Shown here piece after piece: positions 8,096-17,195 of a stretch of 31,459 nt of DNA; within the stretch, counting starts at the first letter, position 1, and every line of letters begins with the position of its first letter. Below the pieces are notes generated by a model. The model did no database searches. It worked only from the letters and a program-made list of their open reading frames with translations, and had not been told where the DNA came from. Source of the DNA: Nitrospira japonica (GTDB taxonomy: Bacteria > Nitrospirota > Thermodesulfovibrionia > Thermodesulfovibrionales > SM23-35); NCBI GenBank assembly GCA_020725385.1, contig DYFC01000063.1:1-31459 (forward strand), written 5' to 3'. Both the position numbers and the translations under genes were made by a program.

Positions 8096-9624
8096 TAATA
8101 AGTCTCCGGTTTCTTTTCTTTCATTCCTTTAAAGTCATAACAGATAAAAATTGAGAAATCTTTAATTTTGTCACGATTCTTAGTATAAATTGTAAAAAGG
8201 TTTTTCTCAACCTTACCGAAAGCTTTCCTTACATCGTCGGGTATTGATACATCTCCTGATCTGACAAAGATAGCATTATAATGAATAAAATTATAAAAGC
8301 CAGGCCATATATCATATTGATTCATCCTTCGGTCAATGTTAATACAATAAGTGAACGGATTTCCTTCTACATAAAAAGCAAGTTCGCTCGATATTTGGTA
8401 TCTGTCAGAAAAAATGAAAACAGGTTTCGGCAATTCATTATATAGTTCTGAAACTTTCTTCCCAAGAGCATTCCAGCCATAAAGTCTTACAGAGGGGTCA
8501 AACTTTGGAGGCAAATTTAGAAACAATGGATAATGGGCAACCGAAGTGATTACAAAAGAAATTAAAACTGCTAAAAGTATTATTATTTTTAACCATAATT
8601 TTCTGTAAGAAAATTGTTCAACTGAAAATGCTGAGAAAGCAATCAATCCTGTGATATAACCGGGCATAGGCCAGTTTCCCTGAACTTTTCCTTGAATGCT
8701 TTTTAATATGAAAAAAACAAGGATTGGGATTGAAAAACAGAAAAGAAATTTTCCAGGCTCTTTTTTCCTGAATATAAACAGTGAATAAACAATTATGATT
8801 AATAACAATGGAGTAATAACCCCAAACTGCGAGCCGATAAATTCAATGAAATCTTTAATCTGAAATTGAAGTCCATCGGATGTATGGGCCTGCCCTGCTG
8901 TATGTCTTAAAGTGACCCAGTTGTTTTTTGCGTTCCAGAAAATTACCGGTGAAAAAAAAAGTATGCTAATTAAAAAACTTATATAAGGACTCTTTGTAAA
9001 AAAGAGCATTCTTTTTTCTTTGTGAAATATAAGATAAAGAAAAGCACATATATAAAAAAATGCCATTAAATATTTTGCGAGAAGTCCGAGCCCTATTGAT
9101 ATTCCAAGCAACATCCAGAAAATAATATTTCCAGATTTATCTGAAGCTGTGCATGAATTTAATGACTTTAAAAATAAAAATAAAGAAAGTATCCAGAAAA
9201 ATATGAAAGGTGAGTCAATTGTAAAAAGAATTCCATAAGCTGAAAATAATGGTATAATCTGAAATATGATTCCGGCAACAACTCCTGTTTTTGTATTATA
9301 AAGTTCTTTACCAATAAGAAAAAGAAAAAGGCTGCTTAAGAAAGAAAATACTACAGCAAAAAACCTGACCCCTAAAACCGTGTCTCCAAAAAAAGAAGTT
9401 CCTATATATATTAAATAAGCTATTAAGGGTCCCTTTGAATAGTAGCTCAAATCAAGCCTGCGGGACCATTCCCAGTAATGTGCCTCGTCAGGACTTAAAT
9501 CAAAAGGGCAGTTTAAAATGTAGTAAATACGAAAAACGCTCAGAGCAATCAGGAATACAAATAGAATGTATTTATAAGACATTCCCTTATTATCTTGTAG
9601 AAATGAATTTGTATGTAATTTCAT
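8095..9624 (-). CDS. ArnT/PMT-family (GT-C) membrane glycosyltransferase
   Basis: DEAHYWEWS...YYSKGPL, TIDSP, GLGLLAKY, SPV..WN and many TM segments. The true start may be the later Met (MSYKY) preceded by AAGGG. Confidence 0.85.
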   Translation of the reverse strand: MKLHTNSFLQDNKGMSYKYILFVFLIALSVFRIYYILNCPFDLSPDEAHYWEWSRRLDLSYYSKGPLIAYLIYIGTSFFGDTVLGVRFFAVVFSFLSSLFLFLIGKELYNTKTGVVAGIIFQIIPLFSAYGILFTIDSPFIFFWILSLFLFLKSLNSCTASDKSGNIIFWMLLGISIGLGLLAKYLMAFFYICAFLYLIFHKEKRMLFFTKSPYISFLISILFFSPVIFWNAKNNWVTLRHTAGQAHTSDGLQFQIKDFIEFIGSQFGVITPLLLIIIVYSLFIFRKKEPGKFLFCFSIPILVFFILKSIQGKVQGNWPMPGYITGLIAFSAFSVEQFSYRKLWLKIIILLAVLISFVITSVAHYPLFLNLPPKFDPSVRLYGWNALGKKVSELYNELPKPVFIFSDRYQISSELAFYVEGNPFTYCINIDRRMNQYDIWPGFYNFIHYNAIFVRSGDVSIPDDVRKAFGKVEKNLFTIYTKNRDKIKDFSIFICYDFKGMKEKKPETY

Positions 9625-9674
9625 ATATTTTTTTTTAGCCCAAATAATTTAGAAATTGTTTTGAAATTATATAT

Positions 9675-9839
9675 AACAATGGCTCAATTTCTAAAACAAA
9701 ATAAACTACCAGCACACAAATATAAATCTTTTTTCTGAATATATTGTAATTACTCCTTTTTAACTTGAGGCTTTCGCTTACGTCTTCAGCCTCATATTAG
9801 TTAGACCCGTGATTTTGTTTTATAAATCGAGCCATTGTT
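9675..9839. mobile_element. MITE-like / internally deleted IS remnant (165 bp)
   Basis: Terminal inverted repeats at 9675-9702 and 9812-9839 match at 26/28. Internal hairpin at 9766-9794. No transposase. Confidence 0.75.
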
Positions 9840-9915
9840 CAGTCAATATAATATAGAAAAATATTTTCTTAAAGCATCTTTATTATTTTTATAAAAATAT
9901 TGATACAAGTTAAGA

Positions 9916-11493
9916 TTATTCTCCTGATTTTTTATTTTTCACCCATTTAATTATTTCTTTAACCATTGCATCAACTGTCGATTGTTCTGGCATTATATGA
10001 ACCGGGAGTCCTGATTTCCTTACTGCATTTGCTGTAATTGGACCTATAACTGCTATTGTTACTCCACGTAAAAGTTCCTCAGAGTCAGGACCCATAATTT
10101 CACGAAAATTATTAAATGTTGCTGCACTTGTAAAAGTTGCTATTGTGATTCTTCCTTCTTTTAAGAATCTTCTTAATCTTTTGCCATGATATTCAGGTTT
10201 AATTGTTCTATAGGCAACAGGAACATCGATTTCTCCGCCAAGCTCTCTTATTTTCTCTGGGAAAATTTCTCTTGCTTTTTCAGCGCGTGGAAGTAAAAAC
10301 CTAATTCCTGTAAATGGTCGGGTGTTTTGCATATTGAAATTCGAATTTTCTTGTTTTTGCAGACCCAGAAAAGCCTCAATCAATCCTTCAGCCCTGAATT
10401 CTTCGGGCACCATATCTATTTTTAATCCATATTTTCTTACTTCAGAGGCTGTCTTTGTGCCAATTGCACATATTTTAATGCCTTTTAAATCTCTAATGTC
10501 TTTATCTTTTTCAAAATATCTTTTGAAAAAGTATTTAACGCCGTTTCTGCTTGTAAAAATCAGCCATGAATAAGTTTCAATTATATCAATAGTTTTATCT
10601 AATTCATCATAATTAATAGGTGGCACAATAGTAATAGTTGGAAAGTCAATTATTTCACCGCCGAGTTCTTCCAGCGGCTCAAAACCTTCCATATGTTCTC
10701 TTGTTACGAGAATCCTTTGACCGAACATAGGTTTTTTCTCATACCATTTTAATTTATCCCTTAGTCTTACAACTTCTCCAACTACCATAACAGCAGGTGG
10801 TTTAATCTCTTTTTCTTTTATAACTTCAGAAATATTCTGGAGGGTTCCTATCAAAGTTTTCTGATCCGGCCTTGTCCCCCATCTTATGACAGCTACAGGA
10901 GTATCAGGAGAACGGCCATTTTCAATTAATTTTTGAGTAATCTGGTCGATATTTTTAACAGCCATAAGAAAAACAAGTGTTCCAACTCCTGTTGCAAGTT
11001 TTTCCCAATCTATTGCGCTTTCCTTTTTGGTTACATCCTCATATCCCGGAACAACCGCGAAAGAAGAAGAATATAATCTGTGGGTTAAGGGTATTCCGGC
11101 ATATGCAGGAGCAGCAATAGAAGAACTTACCCCGGGTACTATCTCGAATTCAATCCCTTCATTTGCAAGAACTTCTGCTTCTTCCCCACCACGACCAAAG
11201 ACAAAAGGATCTCCTCCTTTAAGTCTGCATATTGTCTTTCCTTCTTTTGCTTTCTGTAAAAGAACATTGTTAATTTCATCCTGGGTCATTGTATGATGTC
11301 CGCCGCGTTTACCTGCATAGATGAATTCTGCCTTTTGATTGATATAATTCAATATCTGGGCATTTAGATGAAAATCATAAACAACAACTTCAGCTTTCTG
11401 AAGACAGCGCAATCCTTTTACAGTTAAAAGTCCGATGTCACCGGGACCTGCTCCTACTAAAAAAACTTTTCCTTTCATTTTTCCTTCTTTCAA
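9916..11493 (-). CDS. cobA: bifunctional uroporphyrinogen-III C-methyltransferase / uroporphyrinogen-III synthase (CobA/HemD)
   Basis: N-terminal LVGAGPGD, RLKGGDPFVFGRGGEE and GIPLTHR. C-terminal HemD motifs FTSRNGV, AIG..TA, FTS and IGPITA. Likely start at MKGKVF. Confidence 0.95.
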   Translation of the reverse strand: MKEGKMKGKVFLVGAGPGDIGLLTVKGLRCLQKAEVVVYDFHLNAQILNYINQKAEFIYAGKRGGHHTMTQDEINNVLLQKAKEGKTICRLKGGDPFVFGRGGEEAEVLANEGIEFEIVPGVSSSIAAPAYAGIPLTHRLYSSSFAVVPGYEDVTKKESAIDWEKLATGVGTLVFLMAVKNIDQITQKLIENGRSPDTPVAVIRWGTRPDQKTLIGTLQNISEVIKEKEIKPPAVMVVGEVVRLRDKLKWYEKKPMFGQRILVTREHMEGFEPLEELGGEIIDFPTITIVPPINYDELDKTIDIIETYSWLIFTSRNGVKYFFKRYFEKDKDIRDLKGIKICAIGTKTASEVRKYGLKIDMVPEEFRAEGLIEAFLGLQKQENSNFNMQNTRPFTGIRFLLPRAEKAREIFPEKIRELGGEIDVPVAYRTIKPEYHGKRLRRFLKEGRITIATFTSAATFNNFREIMGPDSEELLRGVTIAVIGPITANAVRKSGLPVHIMPEQSTVDAMVKEIIKWVKNKKSGE

Positions 11494-11578
11494 ATTAGAA
11501 AATTAAACATTTTTAGTTTAACCCTTATAAAACTGTCAGTGTAATAATTTAATCTCTTGATTATAATATATTACAACT

Positions 11579-12778
11579 ATGTCTTGTGTAATGATAATAG
11601 CAGGAGAAAGCTCCGGCGAACTCTATGGTTCTCTCCTTGCAAAAGAAATAATAAAAAGAGAAAAGACTGTTAAATTAATTGGCATTGGTGGAGAGCGCAT
11701 GAAAGAAGCAGGAGTTGAGTTAATTTCAAGAATATCCGATGCATTCGGATTAATTGAGGCATTAAAATCTTTAGGCAGGTTAAAGAAAGCTTTTAAGAAT
11801 GCATTGCATACTATAAAAACCTGCAAACCGGATGTATTGGTTCTGATTGATTATCCTGACTTTAATTTAAAGCTTGCTAATGAGGCTAAAAAATATGGAA
11901 TAAAAATACTTTATTATGTAAGTCCACAGGTCTGGGCATGGAGAAAAGGTAGAGTCAAGCAAATAGCAGAGATTGTTGATATGATTGCAGTTCTTCTTCC
12001 ATTTGAAGAAAAAATATATAAGGATGCTGGCGTCAGATGTGAATTCGTAGGACATCCAATAATGGAAGAGATTGAAGAAGTAAGTAATTTATACTTTAAA
12101 AAGAATGAATTTATTCAGCCTTCAATAGATACAGAATTCAGAAATTTTTTTAAAACATTAATAGGAGCACAGACAAACTTTCAATTATTAGCGCTTCTAC
12201 CCGGCAGCAGGCCACATGAATTAGAAAGACTATTGCCTGTGATGGTTAATGTAGTTAAGAAATTTAAAGCCGACAAAGAACTTTGTACAGGGCATAAGTT
12301 CCAGTTCTGTATGCCGCTTGCACCCAATACTGACGAGGATAAATATTCATTATTATTGAATGAATTAAGGGACGAAGGAGTTTTAATAAGTAAAGGAAAT
12401 TCAGTAAAAGTTCTTGCAGCATCTGATATTGCTGTTGTTGCATCAGGAACTGCTACTCTTCAGACAGCTTTGCTTGAAGTTCCTATGATAGTTGTTTATA
12501 AGTTATCGCCTTTTACCTTTTTTCTCGGGAAAAAGATTATAAAAGTCTCTCATATCTCACTTGTTAATATTCTTTCAGGAAACAAAGATGTTGTAAAAGA
12601 GCTTTTGCAGGATAATGCAAATCCTGATGAAGTCTTAAAAGAACTCAAGTTTATAATTTATGATCAAAGATATAAAAATGAAATGCTGAATAACCTTAGA
12701 AAAATTAAAAGTCTGTTTGCAGGCAAAAAACCTTCTGAAAGGGTCGCAGATATTGTTATGGAATTAGCAAACAGATAA
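11579..12778 (+). CDS. lpxB: lipid-A-disaccharide synthase
   Basis: AGESSG, IDYPDFN, YYVSPQVWAWR, LPFE, FVGHP, LPGSR and SGTATL. Confidence 0.95.
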   Translation: MSCVMIIAGESSGELYGSLLAKEIIKREKTVKLIGIGGERMKEAGVELISRISDAFGLIEALKSLGRLKKAFKNALHTIKTCKPDVLVLIDYPDFNLKLANEAKKYGIKILYYVSPQVWAWRKGRVKQIAEIVDMIAVLLPFEEKIYKDAGVRCEFVGHPIMEEIEEVSNLYFKKNEFIQPSIDTEFRNFFKTLIGAQTNFQLLALLPGSRPHELERLLPVMVNVVKKFKADKELCTGHKFQFCMPLAPNTDEDKYSLLLNELRDEGVLISKGNSVKVLAASDIAVVASGTATLQTALLEVPMIVVYKLSPFTFFLGKKIIKVSHISLVNILSGNKDVVKELLQDNANPDEVLKELKFIIYDQRYKNEMLNNLRKIKSLFAGKKPSERVADIVMELANR

Positions 12779-12800
12779 GAATTATTACTAATTTAAAATT

Positions 12801-14048
12801 ATGAATGTAGTTTATAGTATTGCATACATAATCGCACTTTTATTCATTTTGCCTTTTGAATATTTCAAAAGACCTACCAATTTGAGAAAAATCTGGATAA
12901 AAGAAAAATTTGGATTTTATACTCCTGAGTTTATAAGAAATATTAGAGAATGTATCTGGGTTCATGCAGTTTCTGTTGGAGAAGTTATGGCTTCGCAGCC
13001 TTTGCTGAAAAAAATTATTGAAAAATATCCTTCAAAGAAAATAATTCTTTCGACAATAACAGATACAGGAAGAAAAGTTGCATTAGAAAATGCAAAAGAA
13101 AATATAAATGTTGTCTATATGCCGTTTGATCTTTGTTTTTTAATAAATCCAATTTTGAGAAAAATAAATCCTGAACTTCTCATTGTTATTGAGACAGAGC
13201 TATGGCCTAATTTCATAAAAGCATTTAAGAAATACAATATACCAATCTTGCTCTTAAATGGAAGAATATCTGAAAAATCATTCAATGGTTATAAAAAAAT
13301 CAAATTTTTCATGAAAAAAATCTTTGAAAATATAGATTTTTTTGGAATGCAGAATGAAGTTTATTCATCAAGAATAATAGAATTAGGAGCTAAAAAAGAT
13401 AGGGTATTGATTACCGGAAACTTCAAGTTCGATGTCTCAAATCATGATAATATTCCTGATTGGGCTTGGAATGTAAAGGGTAGAGTTATAGTTGCTGGAA
13501 GCACTCATGATGAAGAAGAAGAAATGATTACAGATATTTTTCTTATGCTCAAAAAAGAATTTTCTGATTTGAATCTAATAATAGCTCCAAGACATCCTGA
13601 GAGATTTAATTCAGTTGCTGAAATGTTAAAGGAAAAAAGTTTAACTTTCATCAGAAGAACCCAGATAAATAAAAACCAAATATCCCATTGTAGTATCATC
13701 TTACTTGATACCATAGGAGAACTTGCAAAGATTTATGGAGTAGCGGATATTGTAATTATCGGGAAAAGTTTTAAGGCTCACGGCGGCCAGAACCCTTTAG
13801 AGCCTGCGCTATGGGGAAAAGCTATTGTTTGCGGCTCGAATATGGAAAATTTTCCAGTAATTCAAGAGTTCCTAAAAGAGAAAGCAGCTATTCAAGTATT
13901 AGAATCAGATTTATACAATACATTGCGAGAACTATTAATTAATCCTGAAAAAGCAAGAGCACTTGGCTTAAAAGCAAAAGAATTATGTGAAAAAAACTCC
14001 GGTTCTGTTTCGAAAGCTCTCGAGATAGTGAAACAGTTCATTAAATAA
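12801..14048 (+). CDS. waaA: 3-deoxy-D-manno-octulosonic acid transferase
   Basis: WVHAVSVGE, ETELWPN, NGRIS, GNFKFD, AGSTH, APRHPER, DTIGEL and GGQNPLEP. Confidence 0.95.
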   Translation: MNVVYSIAYIIALLFILPFEYFKRPTNLRKIWIKEKFGFYTPEFIRNIRECIWVHAVSVGEVMASQPLLKKIIEKYPSKKIILSTITDTGRKVALENAKENINVVYMPFDLCFLINPILRKINPELLIVIETELWPNFIKAFKKYNIPILLLNGRISEKSFNGYKKIKFFMKKIFENIDFFGMQNEVYSSRIIELGAKKDRVLITGNFKFDVSNHDNIPDWAWNVKGRVIVAGSTHDEEEEMITDIFLMLKKEFSDLNLIIAPRHPERFNSVAEMLKEKSLTFIRRTQINKNQISHCSIILLDTIGELAKIYGVADIVIIGKSFKAHGGQNPLEPALWGKAIVCGSNMENFPVIQEFLKEKAAIQVLESDLYNTLRELLINPEKARALGLKAKELCEKNSGSVSKALEIVKQFIK

Positions 14049-14051
14049 ATA

Positions 14052-14144
14052 TGGTTCTTCTCCAATTTAGTTGCTCCAAAACTTTCTTTTGTCACTTTTT
14101 CGAAACCCTTCTGTGTCATTCTCTGGCTTAACCAGAGAATCCAG
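14052..14144. repeat. dispersed 66-bp repeat plus REP-like hairpin
   Basis: 14052-14117 matches 1687-1752 at 57/66, with the first 22 nt identical. It is followed by the hairpin attctctgg-cttaa-ccagagaat, between convergent genes. Confidence 0.8.
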
Positions 14145-14177
14145 TTTCTTTACATAAGTCATTAAATTGGAAGGAAA

Positions 14178-14390
14178 TTATTTTCTCTTTCTTTTGCTTT
14201 TTGAATATTTTTCTCTTTTAGGGATTTCCAGATAATCTTCTCTCCGTTCCCTTATCGGATCAACACCAATGGTAACCCATTTTCCAGAACGTTGAAATTT
14301 TATAATTTTTTGGGAATGAATAAGATTATCAAGTTCGTAGCTTTCTACCTCCCCGCGTTTCCCATCTTTAAAGATTACTTTTATAAGCAT
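14178..14390 (-). CDS. small GSU3473-family protein
   Basis: MLIKV.FKDG..G.V....LD.LI....I..F.RS.KWV.IG.DPIR pattern, recognised from Geobacter-type small proteins. Confidence 0.7.
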   Translation of the reverse strand: MLIKVIFKDGKRGEVESYELDNLIHSQKIIKFQRSGKWVTIGVDPIRERREDYLEIPKREKYSKSKRKRK

Positions 14391-14492
14391 AATTTTTGAT
14401 ACTTTATAGTTATAATGAACATAATTATATCAATTTTATTATGGTTGGTACAATGAGCAGATTAGAAGTTATTTTAGGGTGTGGCCTGCAAC

Positions 14493-15464
14493 TTAGAATA
14501 AATGGCAGGCAACCATTCTTTCTTCAATCTCTTTAAGTTCAGGCTGAATAGTATTACAGACTTCAATTTTTTTGATGCAGCGTGCAGAATAAACACACCC
14601 GGAAGGTGCGTTAAAAATATCAGTGGCTTCACATTTGTCTTTCAATTTTTCATTATATTTCTGAAAATTTTTATCCTTAGCTTTTTCTATAAGAGGAATC
14701 GAAGAAAGAAGTTCTATTGTATAAGGATGCAGGGGTTTTTTAAATATATCTTCGGTTTTTGCCTTCTCAACAATTTTCCCGAGATACATTACTGCAACTT
14801 CGTCGCTAAAATACTGAACAACCCTTAAATCATGGCTTATAAATACAAATGAGATACCTGAATTTTTTTGAAGTTCCTGGAGTATATTCAATATCTGAGC
14901 CTGTATTGAAACATCCAGAGCTGATAACGGTTCATCGGCTACTATTATTTCCGGTGAAACAGCAAGAGCTCTTGCGATGCATATCCTCTGTCTTTGCCCC
15001 CCGCTAAATTCATGAGGGTACCGGTTCAAAATATCTTCCTGAAGCCCGACTTTATTTAATATCCCAACAACTTTGCTTTTAATTTCTGATTTATGTATTA
15101 TTTTATGGATTTTTAGAGGTTCTGAGATCGAATCATAAACTGTCATACGGGGATTTAAAGAAGCAAAAGGATCCTGGAAAATTATTTGAATAGATTTTCT
15201 GAAATCTTTTAGAGAATCTCTTTTAAATGACTGAATATCCTTACCTTTGAAAAGAATTTTTCCTGATGTTGGTGTTATAAGCCTGAGCAAAAGCCTTGCG
15301 ACAGTTGATTTTCCGGAGCCACTTTCTCCTACAATAGCAAAAACACTTCCTTTTTTAACAGTAAAACTAATATCATCAACTGCCTTAAGCCATCTTTGAA
15401 CTCCCCAAAAGCTCTGTTTACATGAAAAATATTTCTTAAGATTGGTTATTTCTATTATATTCAT
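14493..15464 (-). CDS. oligopeptide/dipeptide ABC transporter ATP-binding protein (OppF/DppF-like)
   Basis: GESGSGKST, FQDP, SGGQRQR, ADEP, HPYT and a C-terminal Cys cluster. Confidence 0.92.
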   Translation of the reverse strand: MNIIEITNLKKYFSCKQSFWGVQRWLKAVDDISFTVKKGSVFAIVGESGSGKSTVARLLLRLITPTSGKILFKGKDIQSFKRDSLKDFRKSIQIIFQDPFASLNPRMTVYDSISEPLKIHKIIHKSEIKSKVVGILNKVGLQEDILNRYPHEFSGGQRQRICIARALAVSPEIIVADEPLSALDVSIQAQILNILQELQKNSGISFVFISHDLRVVQYFSDEVAVMYLGKIVEKAKTEDIFKKPLHPYTIELLSSIPLIEKAKDKNFQKYNEKLKDKCEATDIFNAPSGCVYSARCIKKIEVCNTIQPELKEIEERMVACHLF

Positions 15465-16420
15465 TGAATATTACCCGCTCTTATGCAACGACATAAATGT
15501 CCTTTTGATATTTCCTTTAATTCAGGCTCCTGCAGATTACATTCAGTATTAGCATAAAAACACCTGTCGGAAAACTTACAGCCAGGAGGAAGTTTATCAG
15601 GTCTTGGCACAAAACCAGGGATAGGTTTTAAAGAAACGCCTTTTGTTTTTGGCAGAGAATCAAGAAGACCCTTTGTATAAGGATGAAAAGGATTCTCGAT
15701 TAACTCATGAACTTTTGCAAGTTCAACAATTCTTCCAGCATACATTATTGCAGCTATAGAGGCATTTTCTGCGATTACCCCTAAATCATGCGTTATTAAA
15801 AGCAGGGACATCTTTCTTTGAAGCCGTAGCTCCATTAAAAGAGCAAGTATCTGTGCTTGAATGGTAACATCAAGTGCTGTAGTTGGTTCATCTGCGATGA
15901 GCAAAGAAGGATTGCATGCAATGGCCATTGCAATCATAACCCTTTGCCTCATTCCCCCTGACATTTGATGTGGATATTCCTTAATTCTTTTTTCAGGAGA
16001 AGGAATTCTCACTGCTTTAAGGAGTTCAATGCTTCTGTTCAAAGCATCTTTTTTCGAAATGCCCTCATGAGTAATAAGCACTTCTGAAACCTGATAACCG
16101 ATGCTGAGAACAGGATTGAGTGAAGTCATTGGTTCCTGGAATATCATCGAGAGTTCTTTGCCTCTTAGCTTTCTCATTGATTCACTATCGAGGCTCAGGA
16201 GATTTTTATTTTGAAAAATTATATTTCCTTCAGCAAAAGCATTATGAGGAAGCAACCCCATGATTGAAAGAGCTGTAAGGCTTTTTCCACAGCCACTTTC
16301 ACCGACAAGGCCAAAAACTTCGGCTTCTTGAATTTCAAAGTTTACGCCGGAGACAATTCTTAAGGATTCTTTTTCGTATTTGAAAGAAATAGTTAAGTCC
16401 CTGATACTAAGAAGGGACAC
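15461..16420 (-). CDS. oligopeptide/dipeptide ABC transporter ATP-binding protein (OppD/DppD-like)
   Basis: [38 protein letters not shown] and a C-terminal Cys cluster. 4-nt overlap with the partner ATPase. Confidence 0.92.
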   Translation of the reverse strand: MSLLSIRDLTISFKYEKESLRIVSGVNFEIQEAEVFGLVGESGCGKSLTALSIMGLLPHNAFAEGNIIFQNKNLLSLDSESMRKLRGKELSMIFQEPMTSLNPVLSIGYQVSEVLITHEGISKKDALNRSIELLKAVRIPSPEKRIKEYPHQMSGGMRQRVMIAMAIACNPSLLIADEPTTALDVTIQAQILALLMELRLQRKMSLLLITHDLGVIAENASIAAIMYAGRIVELAKVHELIENPFHPYTKGLLDSLPKTKGVSLKPIPGFVPRPDKLPPGCKFSDRCFYANTECNLQEPELKEISKGHLCRCIRAGNIQ

Positions 16421-16426
16421 AGTTTC

Positions 16427-17134
16427 TTATTTCTCTCCTTTTTTAAACAAACTAAGGTAGGTTTCAGCTTCTTTAAGTTTAGGGTTAATCTTAAGAGCCT
16501 TCTCCCAGTGCTCAAAAGCAAGTCTTGTAAGCCCTTTCATATAATAACTCAGCCCGAGTTGAATCCATGCCTGACCGTAATTTGGATTCAATTCCCTCGC
16601 TGTATTAAAATGCTGAATAGCTTCTTCGATATTTCCTTTATTGCGAAGGGCTATTCCAAGTTTTGTATGAACATCCGGAAGTCTATGAAATAATTTAATA
16701 GCCTTACGATATTCTTCAATAGCTTCATCATTCAGACCAAAGTCAAGATATATATTCCCGAGCTTATAATGTTCATTTGCGATTTTGCCAGCTATAAATG
16801 GGTCCAATGCTTTAGATGTTGGGTGTGCTCTCTGTGCTGCCATCGCAAAAACATCTTTTGCTTTCTCAAATTCTCCCATGTTGTTATACGTGACGACAAG
16901 GTTTAACGAGGCTTCAGTATAATTCGGATTTATTTCAAGAGCTTTTTTAAAATAATCTACAGCCTGCCTGTAATTTCCTTTAAGATGGGAAATCATTCCA
17001 AGCTTATTATGTACATCAGCAAATGTAGGATTAGAACTTATGATCTCCTTTAGAATAGGTTCTGCTTCGTTGTAGTTCCCTTCCTGAAAAAGCTGCTCGG
17101 CTTTATTGTGCAATTCCTCGATATTTACCTGCAT
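16427..17134 (-). CDS. tetratricopeptide repeat protein
   Basis: Multiple 34-aa TPR units (LG......G...A...F.KAL.INP). Confidence 0.88.
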   Translation of the reverse strand: MQVNIEELHNKAEQLFQEGNYNEAEPILKEIISSNPTFADVHNKLGMISHLKGNYRQAVDYFKKALEINPNYTEASLNLVVTYNNMGEFEKAKDVFAMAAQRAHPTSKALDPFIAGKIANEHYKLGNIYLDFGLNDEAIEEYRKAIKLFHRLPDVHTKLGIALRNKGNIEEAIQHFNTARELNPNYGQAWIQLGLSYYMKGLTRLAFEHWEKALKINPKLKEAETYLSLFKKGEK

Positions 17135-17142
17135 ATCATCAA

Positions 17143-17172
17143 AGTATATGGATTGAAATAAAAGTTTGTCAA
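17143..17172 (-). promoter_or_regulatory. sigma70-type promoter for TPR-oppDF, probably leaderless
   Basis: Minus-strand TTGACA (17172-17167), 18-nt spacer, TATACT (17148-17143), then 8 nt to the ATG. No Shine-Dalgarno sequence. Confidence 0.7.
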
Positions 17173-17195
17173 GAAAATTAAATTTGCTGGATTAT

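Noticed and set aside
13892-14119. 75-aa minus-strand ORF
   Set aside because: It starts within the dispersed repeat and is antisense to waaA.
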